NCBI RefSeq assembly: GCF_018977255.1
Contig: NW_024704743.1
Coordinates: forward strand, 92,072,001 to 92,136,000
From: Callorhinchus milii
Taxonomy: Eukaryota
DNA length: 64,000 nt
Direction: 5' to 3'
Shown: positions 51,732 through 64,000 of the stretch, in pieces
How the letters are laid out: the number at the start of each line of letters is the position of its first letter
Position numbering within the stretch: the stretch's first letter is position 1
Position numbers and translations under genes: made by a program
Notes under the pieces: generated by a model
What the model was told of the DNA's origin: nothing
Database searches by the model: none
The model's input: the letters and a program-made list of their open reading frames with translations, nothing else

Positions 51732-53878
51732 CTGTAAAAATATAAGTGAACATTAAAAGTTCCAAAGCAACATATTGTAATCAGGGTCTGTTCTCTCCAG
51801 ATTTCAGATCACCCCCCTCCCCACTGATTTGGCAGGAATAACTGCATGGATTGAGCACTACCTCAATATGTATAGCCTCTCGTTTCTTTCAGAAGGCAGT
51901 ATACTCAGTAACGGAGGATGACTCCTTGAAAGACTTGCCGAGTTACAGTTCTGAAATGCCAATACAAACAACTATTAGCAATTACCCCCCATTCTGAATT
52001 AGCCCAATTAAAACATTTCTCCCACACATAGCCCAGCGTCTTAGCCCATCTCTCAAAGGTGGGTCAACTTCTCATATAATTCAGCACCTTTAAAGCACTA
52101 AAAGTCATCTTAGGTACCGGTGCAAGTCTCAATAATGCCATGACCATCTCCTTACGATTTAGGCACTGGATCAATGCCTAAATCACGTGAGATAACCATG
52201 TCTACTTCTCTTTATTAGGGCTGATACAAAGGTGATACAGTGACCAAAAAGCCTTTTGTTACGCCTAAAGCAGGTGGGGCTACTTAATCCTAACCCAATT
52301 TGAACTAATAAATGTTCAATTTAATACTTTTACAGGTATGTCATAGGGTTGGAGTCAAACAGACAGAATGAGATTCACTCAGGCTGGGGGGAGGGGGTGG
52401 GACAAAATCAGAGATCAGGCAAAAAATGGGAGACCAAAGGGCTGAAACACAGTGAGCACAAGAACAGAACTAGAGAGAGAAAAAATTAGTAAGCAACAGT
52501 GCAATGCAGGTTCACTGGGATGATCGTGGAAATGTAACAATATACAAATGAAGTACTTTTTTTTCCTGCATACAACATAACTGCAACCCACCTTCTCCAC
52601 GAATGTAAATTACTGGGAAAAGCCAGAGCAGCTCCATAAGTTTAACACAAACACAATTTGCCTGAGAGCAGATCCTGCTGAGCCACAGTTTAGTAATTTA
52701 ACTTTGAAGAATACCAGCCAAGAATACAACATGGTCACAATCCTAAATAAAAGCAATTGGTTTGTACCTTGTATCCTTAAAATCCTTCCTAGGTGAACAT
52801 TCTTTCATTGCTCCAGAGATTCAAACCTGAAAGCACTTTAATCACCAATGAAACCTTGTATGTTACCACAGTAATTATTTAATACACTTGAGCAGAGAGC
52901 CCAGGAGCGTACTGAGTGAGGTGGAACAGGGTGAGAATTCTGTTAAGGAATTTGGTGAGAGTGGGAATTCTTCAGCAAGAGAGAACTCTTTCATTCAGCA
53001 GAAGAGTGGGAAATCTATCTTGAGGTAGAGGCAACCTTATATGTAGAAGCAGGCAAACAAGTCAACTCGCAGTTAATCATAGGCCAGGTGGTGGGGATTA
53101 AAAAATCTGCTGACCAGTCAAAACTGGGTGTTTTTGTGTGTGTCCTATATAAAGGAGAAGACTTGTAACAGCTTCATTTGAGCAGAGAGCCCAGCAGTGT
53201 GAGGAGGGAACTGAGTGAGGTGGAACAGAGTAAGAATTCTGTTAAGGAATTTGGTGCAGAGGGGGAAAGAGGTGCATAATTATAAAAATATGTTATATTC
53301 AAATTATATAAAACATGTCTGGAAATATGGCAGGACAGCTGAGATGAGTTACATGTGTGCTATGTGGGAACTCCACGATGCTTTGTGTGGGTTGGACAGA
53401 ATGTGTGTAGGATATGTCTCTGGCTGCTTGAGCTTAGGCTCAAAGTTTCTGAGTTTGAGGAGAGGCTGATATTACTACATGACATATGGGAGGCTGAAGA
53501 GTTCATGGGATAGTTTCAGGAGATAGTCATCCCACAGCCACAGAGAGTTCAGGAGAGTGAGTGGGTGACCATATGGCATGGTAGGAAGAAGGGATGGGCA
53601 GTGCAGAAATCCCTTGTGAGTGTGGCACTCACAAATTAATTCTCTGTACTGAATACTGGTCAGGGTGGTGATATCTCTGGGGAGGGGAGTCAAAAACAAA
53701 TGGATGCACAGGGGGGGACAGGGAAGAGTGTCAATGCAATTGTCATTGGGGATACAATGGTGAAAGGAGTAGGCAGGTGTTTCTGCAACCAAAGATGTGA
53801 CTCTTGTACGGTATGTTGCCTCCCTGGTGCCAGGGTTGAAGACATCACAGAATGGGTACAAAATGTTCTACAGGGAGA

Positions 53879-54550
53879 ACAACAACAAGATTCCATTTAT
53901 AGAGCGCCTTTCACGTCGGGAGGACGTCCCAAAGCGCTGTACAGTTGGGTCAGGATCCGAGCAGGGGGTAAATGGTCAGGGTGAGGGGAGGGAAGGGAGG
54001 GAGCGAGAAGGGGGGAAATGGTCAGGGTGAGGGGAGGGAAGGGAGGGAGGAGGAGGGGATAGAGAGTTGAGAGGGAGCTGAAGGCTCGGTCAAAGAGAAA
54101 GGTCTTGAGACCGGCCTTGAAGGAGGAAAGGGAGGAGGCGGTGAAGGCACTGGGGGATGGAGTTCCAGAGCCTAGGGGCTGAGAGGCTGAAGGCCCGGCA
54201 ACCGATGGTAGGGCGGTTGGGGCGGGGGATGTGGAGCAGACCGAGCCGGAGGAACGGAGGGTACGGGCAGGTAGGTAGGGGGATAGTAGGTTGGAGAGGT
54301 AGGAGGGAGCGAGGCCGTGAATGGCCTTGTAGGTGAGGATGAGGATCTTGAATTCGATCCTCTGGGGGATGGGGAGCCAGTGGAGGCGAGCGAGGGTGGG
54401 AGTGATGTGGTTACGAAGCCTGGTGCGGGACAGGACACGAGCTGCAGAATTCTGGATGACCTGCAGCTTGTGGAGGGAGGTGCCGGGAAGGCCGACGAGG
54501 AGAGAGTTCCCATAGTCCAGGGTGATAAAGGTATGGATAAAGGCATGAAG
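53879..54550 (-). mobile_element. L2-clade LINE 3' fragment, low divergence
   Basis: Encodes LHKLQVIQNSAARVL...LHWLPIPQRIEFKIL. (GTT)n tail. Shares a ~42 bp tandem duplication in the 3' UTR with the copy at 38941. Confidence 0.9.
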
Positions 54551-55443
54551 GGGAATATCCAGAAGTTGTGGGTCTTGAGTATAGAGAGTAAAATTTCCAA
54601 GTTTGCAGATGATACTAAGCTAGAGAAAGTAGTAAACAGTGAGGAGGATAGTAGCAGACTGCAAATAGACATAGACAGACTGGTAAAATGGGCAGACCTA
54701 TGGCAAATTAAGTTTAATGTGGAGAAATGCAAAGTGATGCATTTTTGGAGGAAGATTGAGGAGAGGCCATATAAGCTGATGGTAGAATCTTAAAGGGGGT
54801 GAAGGAACAGAGAGACCCGGGGTTCATGTAAGTAAATCTTTGAAGGTGGCAGAACAGGTAGTTAAAGCTGTTAAAAACGCATACGGGATACAAGGCTTTA
54901 TAAATAGGGGCATAGAATAGAAGTCAGGATGTCATGATGAACCTTTATAAAACACTGGTTAGCGGTCAGCTACAGTATTGTGTGTTAGTTCTGGACATCA
55001 CACTTTAGGAAGGATGTCAAGTCACTGGAGAGGATGCAAAGGAGATTTACCAGGACGGTATCAGGAATGAGGGACTTCAGTTATCAGGAGAGGCTGGAGA
55101 AGCTGGGATTATTCTCCTTTGAGCAGAGAAGATTAAAAGGAGACTGAATAGAAGTTTTCAAAATTATGAGGGAATTCGATAGGGTGAACAAGGAAAAACT
55201 ATTTCCACTGGCGGGTGGGTCAGTAATCCGAGGGCATCAATTTAAAATAGTTGTCAAAAGAAACAGAGGGGAAGGTGAGGAGAATTTTTTTCATACAGTG
55301 AGTTGTTCGGATCTGGAATGCATTGCCTGAAAGGGGGGTAGAAGCTGATTTGATAACTTCTTTTATGAGAGAAATAGATAATTATTTGGGAAGGATAAGC
55401 TTGCAGGTCTATGGGGAGAGAATGGGGGAGTGGGATTACATTG

Positions 55444-55763
55444 TGGAGTCCTGTAGCTCAGTGGTTAGAGCACTCGCTTTGCAAGCGAGAGACCTGAGTT
55501 CAATTCCAGACAGGGCGAAACCTTGGGCAAGTTTCCTTACTCCACACAGAGCCTAATAATAATCCCTCCAAAACAAAAACAATAATAAATTGGTCATTTT
55601 CAATCTACGACTGTTTGTGGGACATTGCTGTGCGCAATTGGCTGCTGCGTTCGCCCACAAATATACAGTCAATTCACTTTACAGTGTGTTCTGTGAAGTG
55701 CTTTGGGACGTCCTTCTGACGTGAAAAGCGCTATATCAAATGCAAGGATTATTATTATTATTA
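55444..55763 (+). mobile_element. Full-length tRNA-derived SINE (Deu-type 3' domain, L2-like tail) with target-site duplication
   Basis: A box TAGCTCAGTGG, B box GAGTTCAATTCC, anticodon arm CTCGC-TTTGCAA-GCGAG, (ATT)n tail. ATTACATTG present on both sides. Confidence 0.9.
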
Positions 55764-56713
55764 CATTGGATGGCTCTTTTCAAAGACCTGATGTGAACAC
55801 GATGGTCCGAATGGCCTCCTTGTGTGCTGCAAAATTCTGATACACAATTTTTCAGTTATTATTTCAGAAAATTATTTATTTTCTGAAACAATATTTTACA
55901 AGAATAGGATTGGTTGATATGCTTGAAATCAAATACACTCACTATCAAGACCATTGGTGGCCAACCAAAGAGGTTGGCCAACAAAATAAGCGTTTCTAGA
56001 ACTTTGTGATCTAGACTCATGCATTACATAGGCGAGACATATTGAGAGTTACTCACAATATCGAATCACACCCGAGCAAAGTCATCTTCAGGGAGATGGA
56101 TGGCGGTGGGGGGGGAAACAGCCAATGATTTGTAGCAGATATTGAACACTGAAGCAACAATTAACTTCCTTTGTCATAAGTATCTACTGTAAAAATCACA
56201 GTACTTATTAGTATGAAAAATGTCAGTTTGTTATGGGGTTAAATGATGTTCTTTCCAGTGTGGAAATATTTCAAAGCTAGCTTTATACCTTTGATATAAT
56301 TGATATTCTTCAGAGAACTGACACTGTTTTTTCTTTGGTACAAATGTTCATCAGGGAACCAACGTCAGAGGTGCTGACTGTTTACCATGAGGTTCAAACC
56401 TATAGAGAATCACTCTCTAGCGGGAAAGCTCATGTGTAAAATAGCTAAAAATACCAACGGTATTCAGAAATCATATTTTTCAGCATGTAGTCTGCAAGTC
56501 TCTGTAAGAGGTCCTCCCAACACGATTATATAATCCTAGCATTATATAAATGTAAATTGCATTGTACAATATTACCAATGTTTACTAATGCACCAACCCA
56601 AAGAATGAAATGTTTTAGCTCACAATGTTCTTTAGCAGTCATGAGAAAAGGGAAGATGCAGAAGACATGATTTACTACAGAAAATTACATTACAACCTGA
56701 GGGCACACTTTAC

Positions 56714-56837
56714 CTGAATAAAGTGTTGCGTCCATCTTCCCCACTTTTACTGGCGAGCCTGAAGATTGCAATTCAGCAGCTACATTATCCCATATTGGTT
56801 CTAGTTTCTTGCAGTGACCACACCAAGGTGCATAGAA
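56714..56837 (-). CDS. TMX3: TMX3 catalytic exon: [41 protein letters not shown]
   Basis: TTTAG acceptor, GTAAAG donor, 124 bp. Thioredoxin WCGHC active site. Confidence 0.97.
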
Positions 56838-58899
56838 CTAAACCAACAAAAACAAAGATGCAGCAGTTAAATGCTAATTTACTGATTAGCCACTAGAATC
56901 ATTTAGATAGAAGATAGAAATGCATACATTGCAATTTCATTTCCTGTTATTGACTGCATATTCAGTCATGTGATGAACCTGTGGAGAAAGATCAAATATA
57001 TTCCAATATCTGAGAGCTGATCAAGATGCTGCCACTGGCTATGGGACCTATCTCCAGCATTCATTCCGCTTTATTTTGGCCACCCTGCAAGCATAACAAT
57101 TTGCATTCTTTTTATCTTGAGGTCTGACAATGGCTCAAACAAGACAAAATAAAATGAGGATGGTATAATCTATGTGACCTCTTTGATATTCTTTACACTT
57201 TTCCTGCTGCTGAGCGCAGAAGCTTTGACAATGCACTTTTAGGATTTTATGATCAAGGTCATTATTCTAAGCGACAAGAGGAATTTCATCCCCTTTATCT
57301 GTTTCATTAATTCCCTCAGTGCTTTGTTAAACCCTTTCAAATAGTCTGTGTTGTGATAGTACTGCTCAGAATTTCCTGCTCTACTGCCAAGTCATCAGGT
57401 CTTGTTCATGCCCAATATAAAAAGTCAGGTCAGCAATTACATTACTTATTTGCAATTGTGGATTTTTAAACATCATATCACAAGTGGATGAACACAAAAT
57501 GGAAGGGGTTGGAGCTTAAAATGAATAGAATTTCAAACGTACTACAAAATTAACTTCTCCAATATAGCTGAATTTATCTACTTATATTCATTATATCCTT
57601 TTCAGAAGACCATTAAATTATATTGGAAAACAAAACTGGTGAAATTGCTGGTATTTGCATCTCATATGTACCAGACTAAGAAATTGAATCCTAGTTTGCA
57701 TTGTTTGTTAGGGGCGAGTCTAGGCTTGTTGATTGTACCTATAAAAAAGCAGCACATGCGCAACAGGCTCGAGAGGAGCGATATTAGCGATATAAAAGAA
57801 CGTGGGCTATGGAAGGCATTCGATAAAGCTGAAGCCAGACTAAGATACAAAAACGTGAAAGATTTTAAAAGGAGCAGAAGAGTGGAGAGACCAATGGTTA
57901 ATGTAACACATTTTTAAAGGTGAGATAGCAAGTTGCCAAAGCTGTTAATAAAATGGAATCCTAGGTTTTATAAATAGGGGCATATAGCCTAGAGGTAAAG
58001 TGGGTAATGCTAAGCTTTAGAAATCGCAAGTCAGGGTACAGTTATCCAGTTTCAGACACCTCACTGTAGGAACAATATCAAGGCCTTAGTCATAGGAAAT
58101 TCACCAGAATAATAATCCTTGCATTTGATATAGCTCCTTACCATGTCGTCTCAAAGCGCTTCACAGAATATACTGTAAAATGAATTGACTGTATAGTTTG
58201 TGGGTGAAATTTTGAATATACTTTAGAATTATATGCAAACTTCCAGCATCTGTTCAACAGTGGTTTGTTAGGTTTGACGTTTTTTAGTCTGTGAAGTGCT
58301 TTGAGACGCATAGAAGACGTGAAAAAGCGCTATATCAAATCCAAGGATTATTATTATGGAATGCGCTACTAGAAAGATGATTGAGGCAGAATCCATATTA
58401 TCTTAAGAGGAAATTAGATGAATATCTAAAAGGAATAAAGGTATGGAAAAAGGCATGAGAAGGGACTAAACTGGTTACTTTTCAGAGCCAGCAAAGGCAC
58501 GATGGGCCAAATGACAACTTAGGATGTAAATTTCTATGGTTCTATAACTCAATTCGTTCATGAGGTTCCTGGACAGTAAATCAATTGTGACAATTCCCAA
58601 TGTTATTGGAACGCACTACTCAAAGTACAAAGAAAAGCACCAAAACCATTGAACAGAATTAATTGCAATGTATTCCTTTTAAATAAAAATATATTTTAGA
58701 TAGCCAAGTAACAGCTAACTAAACTAACAGCTATTTAGGTACAGCTCACTAAATTCTAAACTTGCTCACTCTTTCAACATCTAAGTTGGTTGTTGGCAGT
58801 TATAAAGTGGTCAAGCTATCGTTTTGATGGCAAATCTGCAATGTGTTAAGCAAATCACAGGTTTATGACTGAATCATGTAACTGCAACTTGAACACTTT

Positions 58900-59284
58900 A
58901 TAATAATAATAATCCTTGCATTTGGTATTGTGCCTTATGACATCTTTAGATGTCTCAAAGATCTTCACAGAATATACTATAAAGTGAATCGACTATGTTT
59001 TGCGGCTGAACCGTGGCAGCCAATTGCACACAGGAGTGTCCCACAAATAGTTGTGGATGAAGTGACCAAATTATTTTTTTATTATTTTTATTAAATTGAA
59101 AGGCATTATTACCCCTGACAAAGTGATCCGCCAATCGACTAACAACCAGGTTCCTACTTACTACTAAGTAAACAGAGACTTGTGGAATAAGGAAACATGC
59201 CCAACGTTTCACCCTGTCTGGAAATTTAATCTGGGTATCTCGCTTGCAAGGCAAGTGCTCTAACCACAAAGCTACAGGACTCTA
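58900..59284 (-). mobile_element. Full-length tRNA-derived SINE, long variant with an extra ~60 bp internal segment
   Basis: Extra segment AAAGTGATCCGCCAATCGACTAACAAC..CCTACTTACT is also present in the partial copy at 4239-4495. Confidence 0.85.
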
Positions 59285-60971
59285 TGACTAGCAATTTCTC
59301 AGCAAAAAAAAATGCAATAGAGAGTAGCAAATAGGAAGGAGTAATTCTACAAAACAGAGGGATTATAAACCACAAAGAAAGCTCAACATGTTTTGTCAGG
59401 TCACAGAAACCAAAGCAAATGAGAAAATCATCCAGGCAGTGGATCACATGTGGGATTTGAAACTGTATAAAAGGATGGCAATGACTGAATCCCTGTGAAC
59501 AAAAATAACAGAACTTTTTGCACTCATTGTTGAGAGAACAGGACAACAACTGAAGATTAATTGCAGTGTTGCTCAGTTATCTGAACTCTAATGATTTCTA
59601 GCTCCAGCACTCATCAGTTGTAAGTATTTAATTTCTTTGCTTGGTAAGCAAGTATACCAAAAGGCACCATAATTTCTTCTGTAAATTATTGTACTGTTTA
59701 TCACTGGCAACTTCCTGGAGGTATAGTATTGTCCAACTTTCAAAGAGTTATCCCCCCATTACTCAGTGTACTGCCTTCTGAAATGAAGTTATCCAAGCAT
59801 GATCAGACACCCAGCTGACCAAAAAAAAACTTTCAGAGGGGGCAACCTCTTTCAGCTGCATCCAAGGTCATTTATTCTTCTTGAACTTAGGTGACACATG
59901 CTAATTTCCCATAGGTAAAAACAAGCAGCTGAAACTAGCCTGGAAACAACTGCAAACCAGGATTTTGTTTCACAGTTTGGGCTCATCATTGTGTCTTAGG
60001 GAGTGAAAAATATCACTCTCTCTCAATCTGAATGTTTTCCAATTATAACAACAACGAAAACAACTTGCATCTATGAGTTTGTGCTTACGGTGACTTGCTT
60101 AAGCAGTGGCTCTCTCTATCAGACTTGCTTCCCCCTCATAATTCAGCACTATTTCTAGGCGTGTTTTGCATTTCTCAATAGCCATTCACATTCTATAGAC
60201 ATTACAATCCAATTTGATAGAGATTTTCAATTTGTCAAGGAGATCCCTGATCAGTTCCTTTTTTCTAAATGTTCCACAACTCTTATGACTTCAAGTAGCT
60301 TTCCTAAGGTTTTTCTTGATGTAAAACTGTCAATAGTTCCCTGGCTCTTCCATTTTTCTTTTCTTAAAAACAGAGTGACACTTACGGCACTCCCCATCAA
60401 AACGCTTCATAATTTTAAAGACCTCTATCAGTTCTTCCTTCAACCTTAAATTATACTGCTTTCCTATTGTTAGCCACTTCTTTCACCTCCCTTTGTATGA
60501 AACTAAGCATAGAAAATAAACAAATGCATATCTCCAACATAAAATTTAGTTTGAAGATACTGGGCCTCAAAATTTTCAAATGCCCATTATCAACAGGATA
60601 GGATTACAAATGGACAACTTTCACACATAAAATATTCAGTAAAGATTTTGCTTGTACAGTAATTAGTGATGAGACATTTGATCCACAAATTTTAACTCAC
60701 AGCACAATCACAGTGCAGCAATAAATGAAAATGGATCAGTTCAATAATCTGAGACACATCCAAAACTGTAAATGCTACATATTAAGGTGAATTAAAGAAA
60801 GGCACCTTTTAAAAATAACATTAGTGAAAAACACACAAGTCTGAATCGCCCCCGTCCAGATAATAATAATAATCCTTGCAGATGATACAGCATTTTTCAC
60901 ATCTTTGACACATCAGATCATTATCAACTGCAATATTTAATGGCTGGACTCAAGGGAAAATGCATACTTAC

Positions 60972-61011
60972 GTCAACTAACCATATTTGATCTTCTCTAT
61001 TTTCTTTAAAT
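60972..61011 (-). CDS. TMX3: TMX3 exon (equivalent to human exon 3): FKENREDQIWLVD
   Basis: TTGCAG acceptor, GTAAGT donor, 40 bp. Matches TMX3 FKENRNDDIWLVD. Confidence 0.92.
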
Positions 61012-61089
61012 CTGCAATTTAAAAAAAACATTTCTTATATAGATTATATCCTAGATATGCCTTAATGAGTAACAATACAATAAAAAATT

Positions 61090-61495
61090 ACAATACAAAA
61101 TTACATTTGTATACAGTCTTTCACATCGGGAGGATATCCTAAGGCGCTGGACAGTCAGGGATTTGGACCAGAGTGGGGGTTGGGATCAGGGAGGATGGAG
61201 GGCAGGGAGGGTGGCCGAAGGCAAGGTCGACAAGGAGGGTCTTGAAACGTGCCTTGAAGGAGGCAAGGGAGTGAGCGAGGTGAAGGGAATGTAGGATGGT
61301 GTTCTAAAGGGTGGGGGCAGAGAGACTGAAGGCCCAACCGCTGATGATGGAGTGGGTCGGGCAGGGGACGAGGAGCAGGCCGTAGCCTACTGAGCAGACA
61401 GGTTGATAAGGAGTTAGCAGGTCATTGAGGAAGGAAGGGGCAAGGCCGTGGAGGGTCTTGAAGGCGAGGACGAGGATTTTGAATTCTATCCTCTA
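61090..61495 (-). mobile_element. L2 LINE 3' fragment
   Basis: RIEFKILVLAFKTLHGLAP through to the tail. Confidence 0.85.
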
Positions 61496-64000
61496 ACAGG
61501 TGTCTGTTCTTAGGGGGAGGAGAAGTAAGTGAGGTCTCCAAAGTCACATCAACCCTCTGTGGCTGTGTTCGTAGTCCAGTTCCTGAAGTGGGATTGCAGT
61601 CCAAGGCATTGCTGATAACAGACCAGCATCTTGGCTCATAGGCAGGATTTTGGAGGATATTGGGTGTAGGGATTTGTGTATCCCTCCAGGTGGAGAGTTT
61701 GCATTCCATTCCAGACACAGCAAAATTTCCCACATTTGGGTAGCAAAACATATGTGAAACTCTCAGTCATGCTTAAATAATCGTAAGCATGGTGATGGGT
61801 ATCAAGACACCCAACTGTTATTAATCTTTCTGGACAATTCAGATAACGTATCTGCCTAAAGGGCAAGAGTTATAGATGTACTTCCACAAGAACTCAGTTA
61901 TGAATCTATAATGTACACATTACATTTAGAAATCAAACATGTGCAAACAGTTCTAGTTATATTAGAGATGGCTGGACACAAAATGTGAACTCAGCAAATG
62001 TAAGGCAAGTCCAAACTGGAGTTTCAGTCTAGACTTGAGTTTAAAGTTCTGATGTGTGGCTTAAACCTTTTGGTGCAGAGGCAAAAGTATGACCAACTGA
62101 GTCAGGTTGACACCAAAGTGACCAAAAAAGGGGCTGCAGAGGTCGATTGGTATATCAAAGACAGGCCATCAGAAATTTGTGAAACTCCCCAACTCACAAT
62201 CTTGAATTCACACCCCGCTATCTTTGAATCATCTACTAACTGAAAGAGTGTTTCACAATTAATTATTTAAAATCTTTTCATTATCTTAATCACCTCTATC
62301 ATATCACCCTTCCACCTCCTCTCTTTCAGCAGGACGTCTACTAACTTCTCTAGCTTGTCATCGTAGCTCTATCTTTTCATCTCTGGTGTCACCTTTATCA
62401 ACCATCACTGTACCCTCTCCATAGCTCTTGCATCTTTTTATAAGCTACAACCTACACTGCACCCAAAACTGCACAAATATTCCAGTTGTGACCTCCAAGC
62501 TCATGACCGGTTGGCCACCTACAATGTCATAGTCCAAGCACATTACACTGAAGAAATAGAGTCTGGTTTACACGCATTTCAATGAATAAAAAAAACTTTC
62601 TTAATCATTCAACTGTGGGCAGATCAACACAATGGAAACTTCAAAGCAGTAAGATACCAATCTCAAAGTGTATATCAAAAATTAAACACAATGTAAATTA
62701 TTTTATCAAAGAAAAGATTACATCACCACCTGCAACCTTGTTAATCTCTGTCATACTGTAGGCTGTTCTTGAAACACGTGGCATTCATATTTACAGCGCC
62801 TTGAGACCTTTCCATTTTAAGCTACAATCCACATGGGGGAACCTTCTTTGAAAGCAACACCAGGTCTTCTCCATTGGCTCGAACATTTTAAAAATATTCG
62901 AATTGTGCCGGCATATTTATTTTTCCCAAACATCTGCAATGCAGCTGCACCTTCTACACTGTAAATACCATTGCAGAGCTGCTGCTAGAAGTAAATGAGC
63001 GCACCCAAGTTATTCCCAATTTAGTCTCTATCTCTCTTATTTCAATCTACACTTTTCTCCTTACCCCCCACCCAGTATTGATGCATCATTGCACAGCACC
63101 CAAATAGTGAGCCCAATGTTGGCTTAAATAGTAAGGAATTGGTGATGGACATTTAATGACTAGGTTGACAAACGTTTGGCACATCATTACAGAAAGGATT
63201 TGAGAGCTCTGGTGAGGAAGAGTATAAATTCAGAAGCACAATTTTGAAGGTCAACGTTTAATTTCAATGTCCATTCTCTCCATGCCACAAGGTCAGAACA
63301 TTCCAATTGTGCCGTGCAGATCATTTGCTACTGAAAACTTAAACAATAGGGATTTTGAATATTACTAAAGCCCTGTTTGCACAGCAGGTTTTCAAATGGT
63401 TTTGTTTTTATTAGCAATACATAAATATTTATAATTCTACTGAAGCATACATTGAGCATATTTAACAAAGCAATAAATTAGGTGTTCTAATAAAATGACC
63501 CACTACCATTAACTATTTCTATCCATGGGATATTGAAAGAAAACTAAAGAGTAGGACCATTGAAATGTGCAGCATAGGAGGCATTGTCTGTATTGGCGCT
63601 CTCTAAAAAAACGCATTTAGTACCATTCTCCTGCCTTTTCTCCAAATCATTTTTATATTTCTCCTTTCCAGATATTTATTTTATTCCTCTTAAAGGAGAT
63701 AGGGATTCTGCCTCAATCATGATTTCAGTTAAGACTCCCCCTATTATCTGACCTGGTGACATGAATAACTTTGGGGCAAAACAATATATTGTACATTACA
63801 ATTATGCTTATTACATCCTTGTCATCAGCAGATCTTTTCAATTCATTAAATACAGCAAAAGGCAATATAGCTAAAGGCAATAGATCCCATATGTTGGGTG
63901 TTTGTTTGGCTCAGTTGGTAGCACTATCAGCTTTGAGTTAAAAGGTTCTATATATATATAAGATATATATATGTAACAATCAGCTTTGAGTTAAAAGGTT

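Larger units (their letters stand above)
52887..55840 (+). mobile_element. Composite CR1 LINE: duplicated 5' segment, ORF1 remnant, RT 3' end and tail, interrupted by an L2 and a SINE
   Basis: ORF1 esterase motif AIVIGDTMVKG...VCCLPGARVEDI (53700-53878). ISKFADDTKL...W+IKFNVEKCKVMHF (54575-54790). 3' tail GGTCCGAATGGCCTCCTTGTGTGCTG ~55805-55830. Confidence 0.85.

Noticed and set aside
55445..55518. tRNA-Ala(TGC)-like gene
   Set aside because: The T-stem does not pair properly, and the sequence continues into a SINE body and tail with a TSD. It is a SINE head.
55855..55985. Two small hairpins (11 bp AT-rich stem; 9 bp TGGCCAACC/GGTTGGCCA)
   Set aside because: Short enough to arise by chance in 64 kb, with no supporting context.
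61012..64000. TMX3 exons 1-2 (signal peptide, FVEDLD motif)
   Set aside because: Searched by eye and found no match; they presumably lie beyond the window.

Overview
Vertebrate genomic DNA, most likely from a cartilaginous fish (chimaera-like); the lineage is inferred from the repeat content only. Two convergent protein-coding genes can be built exon by exon. COX6C (+ strand) has a CpG-island promoter at ~22.9-24.3 kb, a non-coding exon 1, coding exons 25401-25514 and 26489-26614 (79 aa), and a probable non-coding last exon. TMX3 (- strand) has 14 coding exons from 61011 down to the stop at 32723, giving 430 codons in frame, with a WCGHC active site, a TM helix and a KKTD ER-retrieval end; its first two exons lie beyond the window. 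The rest is intron or intergenic DNA dense in L2 and CR1 LINE fragments, tRNA-derived Deu-type SINEs, a Tigger-like MITE and older repeats. Most ORF-track entries are LINE remnants or chance ORFs. The most interesting observations are: (1) part of the COX6C CpG island is a CpG-rich L2 retrotransposon remnant; (2) a G-quadruplex-prone minisatellite in COX6C intron 1; (3) an unclassified five-copy repeat family with possible decayed endonuclease motifs; (4) telomere-like repeats at two L2 truncation points; (5) several short local templated duplications. I found no convincing novel multi-gene system.
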